Below, in pieces: positions 18,898 through 27,742 of a DNA stretch of 64,000 nt. Both the position numbers and the translations under genes were made by a program. Below the pieces are notes generated by a model. That model saw nothing but the letters and a program-made list of their open reading frames with translations, did no database searches and was not told the DNA's origin. Source of the DNA: Pseudomonadota bacterium (lineage in GTDB: Bacteria; Pseudomonadota; Gammaproteobacteria; JAKAQQ01); assembly GCA_021798115.1 (NCBI GenBank), contig JAJZYM010000008.1, forward strand, positions 3,709 through 67,708. The letters are read 5' to 3'. Positions within the stretch are counted from its first letter, which is position 1. Each line of letters starts with the position of its first letter.

Positions 18898-21800
18898 ATG
18901 CGCCGCCGTTCCGTCTACTGGATTTTCGGGGCCTTTGCCGCCGTGGCTTTGCTGGCTGCAGGGGTTCTGGGATGGTACCCCCGGCCTCCCGCCGCCAAGC
19001 CTCCGACTCACGCCACCACGGTAGCCGTTCACCGCGTGCCATCGCCGTCAACCGGACGTGTAACGGCCATCCCGACCGTCAGCATGGATCGAGTATTGCC
19101 GGGATACGGTCACGACGCAGATGCCTTTGCCCGTAAACTCGAGAAAGCGGCGGCCGGACACGATTTCCGAGTCGTCGTGAAATCAAAGAAGCGGGCGATC
19201 GGGGCGGCGCTGAAAGAGTTGAACGCTGCAACCGCCAAAAGGCTTCACCTCGCTCTCGAGCGCTGGGAGGCGAAGCGACGGGCGCGAACGCTGGCCGCGG
19301 GACAGTCGGCGTTGGCGCATCGCGATTGGTCGCGTGCGCTACGCGCCTACGAGAAACGTGTTGCCATGGGTGACACGCACTCGCCCGTCGTCTGGTGGGG
19401 ATTGGCGCGATCCTTGGCGCATCAACGTGGCTTTGCGGACAAGGCCGTAGGGTACGCCGCCTATCTCAGCTACCGACACGCCGTGAAACTGACGCATCCC
19501 GATGTCGCGCTCTTGCGGCCGTCCCTGGATCTCTTGCGCCGATCCCTTGCCGCCCAGAAACAGTACGGCAGCGAAATTCGCCTTTTGCGGGCGATGCAGG
19601 CAGCCTACCCGAAAGACGACGCGTCCCTTCTCCGTCGTCTCAAAGCCGCCGTGGCCGCCTACGGCCTGCGTATCCAGCGCATCACCCAAGACGTGAATGT
19701 CTTCCCGACGCGCGTTTGCCTGCACTTCGTCGTCCCGCTATCCCGCTCCCCGGACTTTCATGCGAGCACGTGGGTGGAGATGATTCCGGCGCGTCCCCGC
19801 GTCGCCGTGGTGCGCGAAAACGGAGGAATCTGCATTCGCGGATTGCCGGCGGGCACCACGACGACCCTGCATATCCGGGCGGGTCTTCCCGCCGTCGCAG
19901 GGGTGAGTTTGGCCGAGCCGTTGTCGGTGCGGCTGAGCTTGCCGGACCGCGCCCCCCGCATCATCGTCGACACGGACCGCTTCATCCTCCCGGCAAGCCT
20001 TCCCCCGGCGGTGGGGTTCTCCAGTGTCAACATTTCGAAAGTTGACCTGCAGATCAATCGCGTACCCCAGCGGGCGCTCCTGGCTTTCGTCCGTGATCAC
20101 CCGCTATGGGATCAGTATGCCGCCTACCCGTCCACCCTGGATGGTCAGGACAGCGTGAGGGTCTGGCACGGCAGCGCCGCGGTGCCGCATTTCGTGCCCA
20201 ACCGTTTGATGCACACCATCCTGCCTTTGCCCCCCGCCCTCGCCAAACCGGGTCTCTACGCCATCCAGATTTCTCCCGGCGATGGCACACCCAATCCCTA
20301 CGGCAGCCTCGATCAGGTGCAGCTCGTCCTGCGCACAAATCTTGCCCCCACGGTCTGGCGGGGACGCAACGGTCTGACGGTACAGATCCGCCATTTCACC
20401 AACGCGTTGCCGTGGCCGGGCGTGCGGGTGAAGCTGATTGCCAAGGATAACGACGTCCTGGAAACGGCCCGCAGCAACGCCCAAGGCCTCGTCCACTTCG
20501 CCCAACCCATCCTGCAGGGAAGCGGCGGCCAGCGTCCCGCGGCTTTGCATTTCTACAGCCCGTACGGTGGATTCACGCTGTTCGATCTCCACGAGCCCGC
20601 GTTGAATCTCTCGGGACGCGGAATTTCCGGCCGCCCGTCCCTGCGACCGGTCAGCCCCTATCTTTGGCTGGACCGGGGGATTTACCGCCCGGGAGAGACG
20701 GTCCACGTCACCGCACTCTACCGAAGCGCCACGGGTCGGCCACTGAACCTTCCCCTCCACCTCATCGTTCGGCGTCCGGGCGGACAGGTCTTTCTGGACA
20801 CCGTTCCCCATTTGCACGACGACGACAGTATCGCCGTTCCGGTGCATCTCCCGGCTGCCGCGCAGGATGGCATCTGGAGTGTGAGTCTCGCCACGGGACG
20901 GCATCGACCCTCCCTGGCGAAGGCCACTTTTACCGTCGCCGCCTTCGTGCCGCCGAGCCTGGCCGTCCACCTCGGGGTGGCCCGCCCCCTCGCTCCCGGG
21001 AGCATCGATTACTGGCCCGTCACCGTACGCTATCTCTACGGCGCGCCGGGAGCGCATCTCGGCGGCCTTGCGCGCATCACGCTGCACAGCGCTCCCGTGC
21101 CCTATTCCCGATGGCGGAAATACCTGTTCGGGCTTTCGGGAGAGGTGGTCACGGCGCCGGCGCAAACCCCGACGTTGAGGGAGACCGACACCGCGGGACG
21201 GACCACCGTTCCGATCGATCTCCGTCAACTGCCCGACAGCACACGGTTCCTCCGGGTCCACGTTCAGGTTTTCGTCGACGAGCCGTCCGGGCGTGCCGTC
21301 GATCGCGGCATCTGGCTCCCGATCACCCCGGCGCACACCCTGATCGGGATCGCGGAAGGATTTCGTGACAAGACCGTGCCGAGCGGCCGGATTCCTCGCT
21401 TCCGGATCGTCGCCGTCGGCCCGCACGGGCGGGAAAGGGCAATGCCCGTAGAGATTCAAGTCGTTCGCCAGTCGCCGCAGTGGAGTGTCACCTTCCGCAA
21501 CGGGGTCGCCAGCTGGGGCTACAGCTACATCGACCGTCCGGTCCTCAGGCGTCGGGTGACGTTGCCGGCCGCCTCGCCTTACCGGTTGCACCTGCCGGTC
21601 CTGCCGTACGGCCGCTACCGGCTGCGGGTGACGGCGACGGGCCACAGCCTGGCGGCGAGCTCCGTGATCTTCTACTCCGGCTGGCAGGTCAGCGATCGCG
21701 TCGGGGTGCCGCAACGGGTCTCCGTACGCAGCAATGCTAAAACATACGCCGCGGGAAGCCGGGCACGGATCCACGTCTCGGCCCCTTTCGCCGGCCCCGC

Positions 21801-24294
21801 GGTCCTGGTCCTCGCCAACGACCGAATTCTGTCGGTCCGTGATTTCTTCTTGCCGCCCGTGGGGACGACCCTGACCCTGCGGGTGCGCCGCCGCTGGGGG
21901 GCGGGGGCCTACGCCGTGGTCGACGTCTTCCGCCCGGCGTCGGCGACACAGGCTCCCGAAAGAGCCCTCGGACTGACGTGGCTCGGGCTCGAGCCCGGAA
22001 ACCGCACCATTCGCCTGCGCCTTGCCGTCCCCAAGGTCTACCGCCCCCGCGAGCGAATCACGGTCCCGGTGCACACCCGCCCGGGCGCCTACGTGACGCT
22101 GGCGGCGGTCGATCAGGGCATTCTCAATCTCACACAATTTCCGAACCCCAATCCTCTGCGCCACTTTTTTGGGAAGCGCCGTCTGGACGTTCGGGTGCTG
22201 GACGAGTACGGCGCGCTCCTCGCCCGACCCGAAGGCTACGAGACACTCCTGGACAACGGCGCAGGGGCAAACTTCGGTCCGGCGGTGCGGCCGATCCCGC
22301 AAAAAGTGGTGGCCTTGTTCGCGGGTCCGGTCCGGGCCGACGGCCGGGGGATCGCACGTCTCTCCCTCAAGCTGCCGGAGTTCGACGGGGAGCTTCACCT
22401 CATGGCCGTGACCTGGAAGGGCGACGCGGTCGGGGCCGCACACACCAACATTCGGGTGCGCAATCGCCTCGTTGCCAAACTCCTCCTGCCGCGTTTTCTG
22501 GCACCCGGAGACGAGGCCCAGGCGGCGGTGATGCTGCAGAACCTCAAGCTTCCCACCGGCCTTTACCGTGCAGTCGTCCGCGCCACCGCTCCCGTGAAGA
22601 TCGGGAAGGGAGGGCGCGATTCCCTCACCCTCGCGCCCGGGGCCGTGCACCTCCTCCCGGTCAGCCTGAAGGGAACCGGCGAGGGGACGGCGCACCTCAC
22701 CCTGGCGGTCACGGGACCCCAAAATTATCGCCTGGTCCGTCACTGGTCACTGGTCGTCCATTCCCCGCAGTTTCCGACGACCACGGTGCGCCGTTACCTG
22801 CTGGGCCCAGGCGCCCGGCGAGAGCTGCGTCCGGACACGGCGCCGTTCGTTCCCGGATCGGTCCACACCTCGGTGACTTTGGGGAACACCTTGCCCTTCA
22901 ACCCCAAAGCCTACGCGCAGGCGCTCTACGACGGCTGGCACAGCCCCGATCTCTTGACGATCGTCAGCGAGGGGATGCCGTTGACGGTGCTCCGACCGCC
23001 CCTCGTTTCGCCGCAATGGGAAGCGAAACTCCAGCACGACGTCGACACCGTGCTCAACTTCCAGCGCTACGACGGCGCTTTTGGCTTCTGGTCCAGCGAA
23101 GGAAGAGGCCAACCCTGGTTGAGCGCCTACGCGACGGAATTTTTGCTTCACGCACGGGCCGCCGGTGCGACGGTGCCCGAGGCCCCGGTCCATCAGGCTC
23201 TTCGCTGGTTGGAGCGCGAAGTCGAGAATACCAATCACGGCGTCGCCGACCGGATTTACGCCGCCTACGATTTGAGCCTCGCCGGGCACCCGCCGACCGG
23301 GGCGATTCGTCTTCTGGCCCAGCACTTGAAGAACATGTCCCTGCCGCTGCCGCTTGCCCAACTGGGCGCTTCCCTGGCGGTCATTGGGGAACGGCACGAC
23401 GCGCTGCGCACGCTCCGTCGGGCCCTCGACATGCACGCCCCGCAAGGGCATCAGTGGTGGGGCCAAAGCGATTGGGCCGCCGAGTTTGGATCGCCCCTGC
23501 GCGATGCCTGGGCGGTCCCCACCGTGGTGGCGCAGACGGGTTTGCTGCCGCAGCTCCTGCCCCGTTTGCGTCAGGACCTCCCGGGCCGGGGTTTGCAGGC
23601 GGAGGGATTGACGACGCAGGACCTCTCCTGGGCCCTGTACGCCGAGGGCGTGCTCGCCGGACGACCGGGGAAGGTGGACATCGAGTGGGGCCGCGAACAC
23701 ATCCAGAAAACCGGCCCGGTGGTGCGGCCGCTTCAAGGGCGCATCCTCGTGCGTAACCGCGGAACGCGGGTGCTGCCCGTGTCCATCGTGATCACCGGGA
23801 TCCCGCGCGCGACGCCCCCCGCCGCGAGCCACGGCCTGACCATCCGACGGCAATTCTTCGATCTCGCCGGCACGCCCATGTCCCCGGCCCGCCTCCGGCA
23901 AAACCGGTTCGTCGTCGTCGTCTTGCAGGGCAAGATCACCGACGGACTTCCCCACCGGGCGCTCGTCGACATGGGCCTTCCGCCCGGTTGGGAGCTGGCG
24001 GGAAGCGTGTCTCCCGGCCGGGTCCCTCATCTGTCCTGGCTGCATCACCTGAGCACGCCCGAGGCGACCGTGGCGACGGACGATCGCTACGAAGCGGCGC
24101 TCGATCTCGCTCCGAAATCCGTCGACGCGTTTGAGGGCCGCGGCACACCGACCTTCAAGATTGCCGTCCTGCTCCGGGCGGTGACCCCCGGCACGTACAC
24201 GCTTCCCGGCGTGCGCGTGAGCGACCTCTTTCATCCGAGCGTCTACGCGCAAACCTCGGGGCGAACGATCCGGGTGACGGCTTCGCACCCCTGA
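18898..24294 (+). CDS. Bacterial alpha-2-macroglobulin (YfhM-like), no CxEQ thioester motif
   Basis: 1798 aa; LDRGIYRPGETVH, YLYGAPG, VTLAAVDQGILNLT, LPRFLAPGD, QRYDGAFGFW, LRAVTPGTY; adjacent pbpC. Confidence 0.93.
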   Translation: MRRRSVYWIFGAFAAVALLAAGVLGWYPRPPAAKPPTHATTVAVHRVPSPSTGRVTAIPTVSMDRVLPGYGHDADAFARKLEKAAAGHDFRVVVKSKKRAIGAALKELNAATAKRLHLALERWEAKRRARTLAAGQSALAHRDWSRALRAYEKRVAMGDTHSPVVWWGLARSLAHQRGFADKAVGYAAYLSYRHAVKLTHPDVALLRPSLDLLRRSLAAQKQYGSEIRLLRAMQAAYPKDDASLLRRLKAAVAAYGLRIQRITQDVNVFPTRVCLHFVVPLSRSPDFHASTWVEMIPARPRVAVVRENGGICIRGLPAGTTTTLHIRAGLPAVAGVSLAEPLSVRLSLPDRAPRIIVDTDRFILPASLPPAVGFSSVNISKVDLQINRVPQRALLAFVRDHPLWDQYAAYPSTLDGQDSVRVWHGSAAVPHFVPNRLMHTILPLPPALAKPGLYAIQISPGDGTPNPYGSLDQVQLVLRTNLAPTVWRGRNGLTVQIRHFTNALPWPGVRVKLIAKDNDVLETARSNAQGLVHFAQPILQGSGGQRPAALHFYSPYGGFTLFDLHEPALNLSGRGISGRPSLRPVSPYLWLDRGIYRPGETVHVTALYRSATGRPLNLPLHLIVRRPGGQVFLDTVPHLHDDDSIAVPVHLPAAAQDGIWSVSLATGRHRPSLAKATFTVAAFVPPSLAVHLGVARPLAPGSIDYWPVTVRYLYGAPGAHLGGLARITLHSAPVPYSRWRKYLFGLSGEVVTAPAQTPTLRETDTAGRTTVPIDLRQLPDSTRFLRVHVQVFVDEPSGRAVDRGIWLPITPAHTLIGIAEGFRDKTVPSGRIPRFRIVAVGPHGRERAMPVEIQVVRQSPQWSVTFRNGVASWGYSYIDRPVLRRRVTLPAASPYRLHLPVLPYGRYRLRVTATGHSLAASSVIFYSGWQVSDRVGVPQRVSVRSNAKTYAAGSRARIHVSAPFAGPAVLVLANDRILSVRDFFLPPVGTTLTLRVRRRWGAGAYAVVDVFRPASATQAPERALGLTWLGLEPGNRTIRLRLAVPKVYRPRERITVPVHTRPGAYVTLAAVDQGILNLTQFPNPNPLRHFFGKRRLDVRVLDEYGALLARPEGYETLLDNGAGANFGPAVRPIPQKVVALFAGPVRADGRGIARLSLKLPEFDGELHLMAVTWKGDAVGAAHTNIRVRNRLVAKLLLPRFLAPGDEAQAAVMLQNLKLPTGLYRAVVRATAPVKIGKGGRDSLTLAPGAVHLLPVSLKGTGEGTAHLTLAVTGPQNYRLVRHWSLVVHSPQFPTTTVRRYLLGPGARRELRPDTAPFVPGSVHTSVTLGNTLPFNPKAYAQALYDGWHSPDLLTIVSEGMPLTVLRPPLVSPQWEAKLQHDVDTVLNFQRYDGAFGFWSSEGRGQPWLSAYATEFLLHARAAGATVPEAPVHQALRWLEREVENTNHGVADRIYAAYDLSLAGHPPTGAIRLLAQHLKNMSLPLPLAQLGASLAVIGERHDALRTLRRALDMHAPQGHQWWGQSDWAAEFGSPLRDAWAVPTVVAQTGLLPQLLPRLRQDLPGRGLQAEGLTTQDLSWALYAEGVLAGRPGKVDIEWGREHIQKTGPVVRPLQGRILVRNRGTRVLPVSIVITGIPRATPPAASHGLTIRRQFFDLAGTPMSPARLRQNRFVVVVLQGKITDGLPHRALVDMGLPPGWELAGSVSPGRVPHLSWLHHLSTPEATVATDDRYEAALDLAPKSVDAFEGRGTPTFKIAVLLRAVTPGTYTLPGVRVSDLFHPSVYAQTSGRTIRVTASHP

Positions 24295-24304
24295 GGGGAC
24301 GGTG

Positions 24305-26365
24305 ATGGGCAGGCTCGAGCGTGGGTGGTCCGGCGGGCGCTTTCCCCGCGTGCGGCGCGTGGGCCTTGGGGTTCTCTTTCTGACCCTCGCCGTGTTCGGG
24401 CTGGCTTGGTTCATGCCGCCGAGCACCCGCGTCTTCCGCGCGGCCGGACGCATCGTCTACGACCGGCGCGGGCACGTCCTCGCCATGTTCATCAACCGGG
24501 ACCAACAGTGGGTCTTTCCGACACCGGCCGGAAAAGTCAGTCCGGTTTTTTTGCGGATGCTGGTCGCGGTCGAGGATCGCCACTTCTGGTGGGATCCCGG
24601 CGTCGATCCGCTCGCCATCGTGCGCGCGACGATCCAGATGATTCTCGCGGGACACGTCGTATCCGGAGCCTCCACCCTCACCATGCAGGTGACACGGATG
24701 CTCCACCCGCTGCCGCGCACCGTGCCGGTCAAGATTCTCGAGGCTCTCCAGGCCATCTCCCTGTTTGAGCACCATTCCAAAAGCCGCGTGCTCGAGATGT
24801 GGCTGTCTCTCGCGCCCGAGGGCGGCAACATCGAGGGGATCGAGGCGGCGGCACACGCGTGGTTCAACCGCTCACCACGGGCCCTGAGCCCCGCCCAGGC
24901 GGCCTTTCTGATCATGCTGGTTCGCAATCCCAACCGCCTTGATCCCCTGATCCACCCGCGCGCGGCCCTCGCGACCCGCAACCGGGTCCTGCGTGAGTGC
25001 TGGCGTCAGGGGGTGATTTCCCACGCCGCCCTGGTGCGTGCCCTGGCCACTCCTCTGCCCACACGTTTGTACCCCTTACCGTTGTGGTCTCCCCAGGCCC
25101 TCCAGACGCTGCCGAGCGGAACGCGAACGACGATCAACCGAGGCCTGGACCGGGCCATCGCGCGTATCGCGCGACAGGCCTTGTCACAGATGGAGCTCCA
25201 CGAGAGCATGGCCATTCTGGTCGCGAGCCTGCGCACGGACGGAATTCGTGCCATCTACAGCGGCCCGTGGGGTGACGTGGCTCGCAACGGATATCTGGAC
25301 ATGACCCGCGCGCTGCGCTCTCCGGGGTCGGCGTTGAAGCCTTTCCTCTACGGCCTGAGTTTCGAGGCGGGTCTTGTGCGACCGACCACGGAACTCGCCG
25401 ACTTCCCGAGCAATTTCGGGAGTTACGAGCCCAACGACTACGGCGACCGCTACCTGGGCACCGTCACGGCCACCACCGCCCTGCGGCGTTCGTTGAACGT
25501 TCCGGCCGTGGATCTCATCCAGGCCTACGGGCCGCTGCGCTTTGCGGCGCACCTTGCGGCGGCCGGCACCCCTGTCGCCCTCCCCTACGGGGCCGATCCC
25601 GCCTTGCCCCTGGCCCTCGGCGGTGCCGGGATCACCCTGCGGCGACTCGTCGCCCTCTACGCGGGGCTGGCAACCGGCGGGGTCGTCGAGCGTTTGCATA
25701 TAGTCGCCGGACAACGGCGCAAGCGGCGGCGTCTTCTCTCGCCTTTTGCGGCGCGGGAGGTGACCGCCATCCTGAACCGCCCCTTTCCCTTCGGGGGGCC
25801 GCCGGGCATTGCCTGGAAGACGGGAACGAGCGCCGGCAATCGTGACGACTGGGCGATTGGCTTCAATCACCGCTACGTCGCGGCGGTCTGGATTGGGCAG
25901 CCCGACGGTGCCGCGTTGCCGGGCGACACGGCTCTCGCCGCCATTCCGATCCTGGCCAAAGTCTTTAGCCTCCTGCCCGGGCGCCCCATTCTCGAGACCC
26001 CTTCGGATCACCCCCTGACGCTGCGGCGTCAAGCCCGGGGGACAACCCTCGAGATCGCCAGCCCCGCCGCCGACGCCACCTTGCCCGTCGGAGAGCCTGT
26101 CAGCATTCACATACTTGGGGGATCGCGCCCATTGCATTTTTTGATCGATGGAAAACCACTGGTCTCCAATCCAAACCTTCGGAGCGTGCGCTGGACTCCC
26201 AAGAGTCCCGGCTTTTACCGTTTGAGTGTGTTGGACGCTCGTGGACGTTTGGTGCGGCGGACTCTACGAGTGGCTCCCACGGTATCCTCCGCAGCGGTGG
26301 AATGGGGTGATCATGTAGTTCAGAAATCAGTGGAGCCACACGGGCACGATGTGCCTGCTGGGTAG
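24305..26365 (+). CDS. pbpC: Penicillin-binding protein 1C
   Basis: Transglycosylase EDRHF..PGVD and GASTLTMQ; transpeptidase SALK, SLN, KTGTS; C-terminal BiPBP_C-like domain. Confidence 0.93.
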   Translation: MGRLERGWSGGRFPRVRRVGLGVLFLTLAVFGLAWFMPPSTRVFRAAGRIVYDRRGHVLAMFINRDQQWVFPTPAGKVSPVFLRMLVAVEDRHFWWDPGVDPLAIVRATIQMILAGHVVSGASTLTMQVTRMLHPLPRTVPVKILEALQAISLFEHHSKSRVLEMWLSLAPEGGNIEGIEAAAHAWFNRSPRALSPAQAAFLIMLVRNPNRLDPLIHPRAALATRNRVLRECWRQGVISHAALVRALATPLPTRLYPLPLWSPQALQTLPSGTRTTINRGLDRAIARIARQALSQMELHESMAILVASLRTDGIRAIYSGPWGDVARNGYLDMTRALRSPGSALKPFLYGLSFEAGLVRPTTELADFPSNFGSYEPNDYGDRYLGTVTATTALRRSLNVPAVDLIQAYGPLRFAAHLAAAGTPVALPYGADPALPLALGGAGITLRRLVALYAGLATGGVVERLHIVAGQRRKRRRLLSPFAAREVTAILNRPFPFGGPPGIAWKTGTSAGNRDDWAIGFNHRYVAAVWIGQPDGAALPGDTALAAIPILAKVFSLLPGRPILETPSDHPLTLRRQARGTTLEIASPAADATLPVGEPVSIHILGGSRPLHFLIDGKPLVSNPNLRSVRWTPKSPGFYRLSVLDARGRLVRRTLRVAPTVSSAAVEWGDHVVQKSVEPHGHDVPAG

Positions 26366-26946
26366 TGTACGGACTTGTGTGCAAATTCAGAGGTCATGGT
26401 ATGAGGGAGGTTGGATCAACCCCATGTCCTGAGGAGGGACCCTACCATGACCGTGAAGAAGCTCCGCAATGCGCTGGATGACCTACCCCGTAAGGCCGAC
26501 GACGACTGTCTTCAGGAGCTGCGCTGGCTGTACGACCGACGGGATCTCGCGGAGGCCCAACGCGATCTGGCGGCGTGGCTGACGAAGTGGTCGACGAAAT
26601 ACCCCAAGCTCACGAACGAGGTCGAGGATCCTATCGGTGAGACGCTGACCTTCTACCGGCTCCCCCGGGCCCACCACAAGCCTCTGAAGAGCACGAACAT
26701 GCTGGAGCGTTTGAACGAGGAGATCAAGCACCGCACCCGGGTGGTGCGGATCTTCCCCCATGCCGAGTCCTGCCTGCGTCTGGTGCGCGCCCTGTGTGTC
26801 GAGATTCCTGAAGCCCGGCTTGAGGACAATCGCTACCTCAACAGGAATCTCTTGAAAGAGCAGCGCCGCGAGCGGCTGCGGGCGGCGGCCTGATGAAATC
26901 CTCCCTCATGCCCGGAAGGAATTTGCACAACTTGACAGACACAACC
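26361..26946 (+). mobile_element. Internally deleted IS256-family element with both ends retained
   Basis: Transposase C-terminal fragment 26411-26893 (KSTNMLERLNEEIKHRTRVVRIFP); imperfect terminal IRs GGTAGTGT..TGTGCAAATTC..ATGAGGGAGG vs CCTCCCTCAT..GAATTTGCACA..ACACAACC. Confidence 0.85.
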
Positions 26947-27048
26947 AGTCTACAGGGACGATAAGGCCCGACACCACGGCTCGAACTTATCACTCTCAGT
27001 GTTGCGGGATCAGGATAGGACAATGGCAAAAGAGTAACTATTAATTCT

Positions 27049-27132
27049 TGGTGCCCAGGGCGGGATTCGAACCCGCACGACTTGCGTCGAGGGATTTTAA
27101 GTCCCTTGCGTCTACCGTTCCGCCACCCGGGC
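27049..27132 (-). tRNA. tRNA-Leu(TAA)
   Basis: GCCCGGGTGGCGGAACGGTAGACGCAAGGGACTTAAAATCCCTCGACGCAAGTCGTGCGGGTTCGAATCCCGCCCTGGGCACCA. Confidence 0.97.
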
Positions 27133-27160
27133 ACATTCCTCTGTACTCATCCCTTCTCCA

Positions 27161-27742
27161 TTAGACGCTCTTTTTGCCGTGAAAGCCGTGACGCAGGAAC
27201 ATCCAGGACGCAAGGAGATAGGACATCCCCGACCACAGGGTGAGAACAACCGACACATAAAGAAGCGCAATCCCAACCCGGTCGAGAAACGGGCCCGGGT
27301 GGGCGAGCAGCGTGACGAGCGCGACCATCTGGACGGCCGTCTTGACCTTGGCGAGGAGACTCACCCGCACGGTTCCGGACGCTCCCGCCCCGGCCATCCA
27401 TTCCCGGAGTCCGGCGATGATGAGCTCGCGACTCACGATGACGAGAGCGGCAAAGAAAAGAAGAAATGTCGGCTGGCGCAGGAGAAGGAGAAGAAGCGCC
27501 GCGGTCACCATGAGTTTGTCGGCGATCGGATCGACGACGGCGCCGAAGCGGCTGGTCGATCCCCAGCGGCGTGCGAGCGCCCCGTCGAGCCCGTCGGTCA
27601 CGGCCGCAAGCGCAAAGACCGTCGCGGCAAGGGGTCCCGCCCATCCCGGAGAGGCGAGGAAATCCACCGCCAGGAAGACCGGCACGAGAAGGATCCGTAG
27701 CAGCGTGAGAAGATTCGGAAGGCTAGGCGGGCGGCTCGTCAT
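27161..27742 (-). CDS. pgsA: CDP-diacylglycerol--glycerol-3-phosphate 3-phosphatidyltransferase
   Basis: LPNLLTLLRI, TDGLDGALARRWGSTSRFGAVVDPIADK, SRELIIAGLREWMA, KVKTAVQM; directly after uvrC. Confidence 0.96.
   Translation of the reverse strand: MTSRPPSLPNLLTLLRILLVPVFLAVDFLASPGWAGPLAATVFALAAVTDGLDGALARRWGSTSRFGAVVDPIADKLMVTAALLLLLLRQPTFLLFFAALVIVSRELIIAGLREWMAGAGASGTVRVSLLAKVKTAVQMVALVTLLAHPGPFLDRVGIALLYVSVVLTLWSGMSYLLASWMFLRHGFHGKKSV

Noticed and set aside
18144..18899. 251-aa minus-strand ORF
   Set aside because: Chimeric read-through of the uvrC/pgsA remnant; reported as a pseudogene instead
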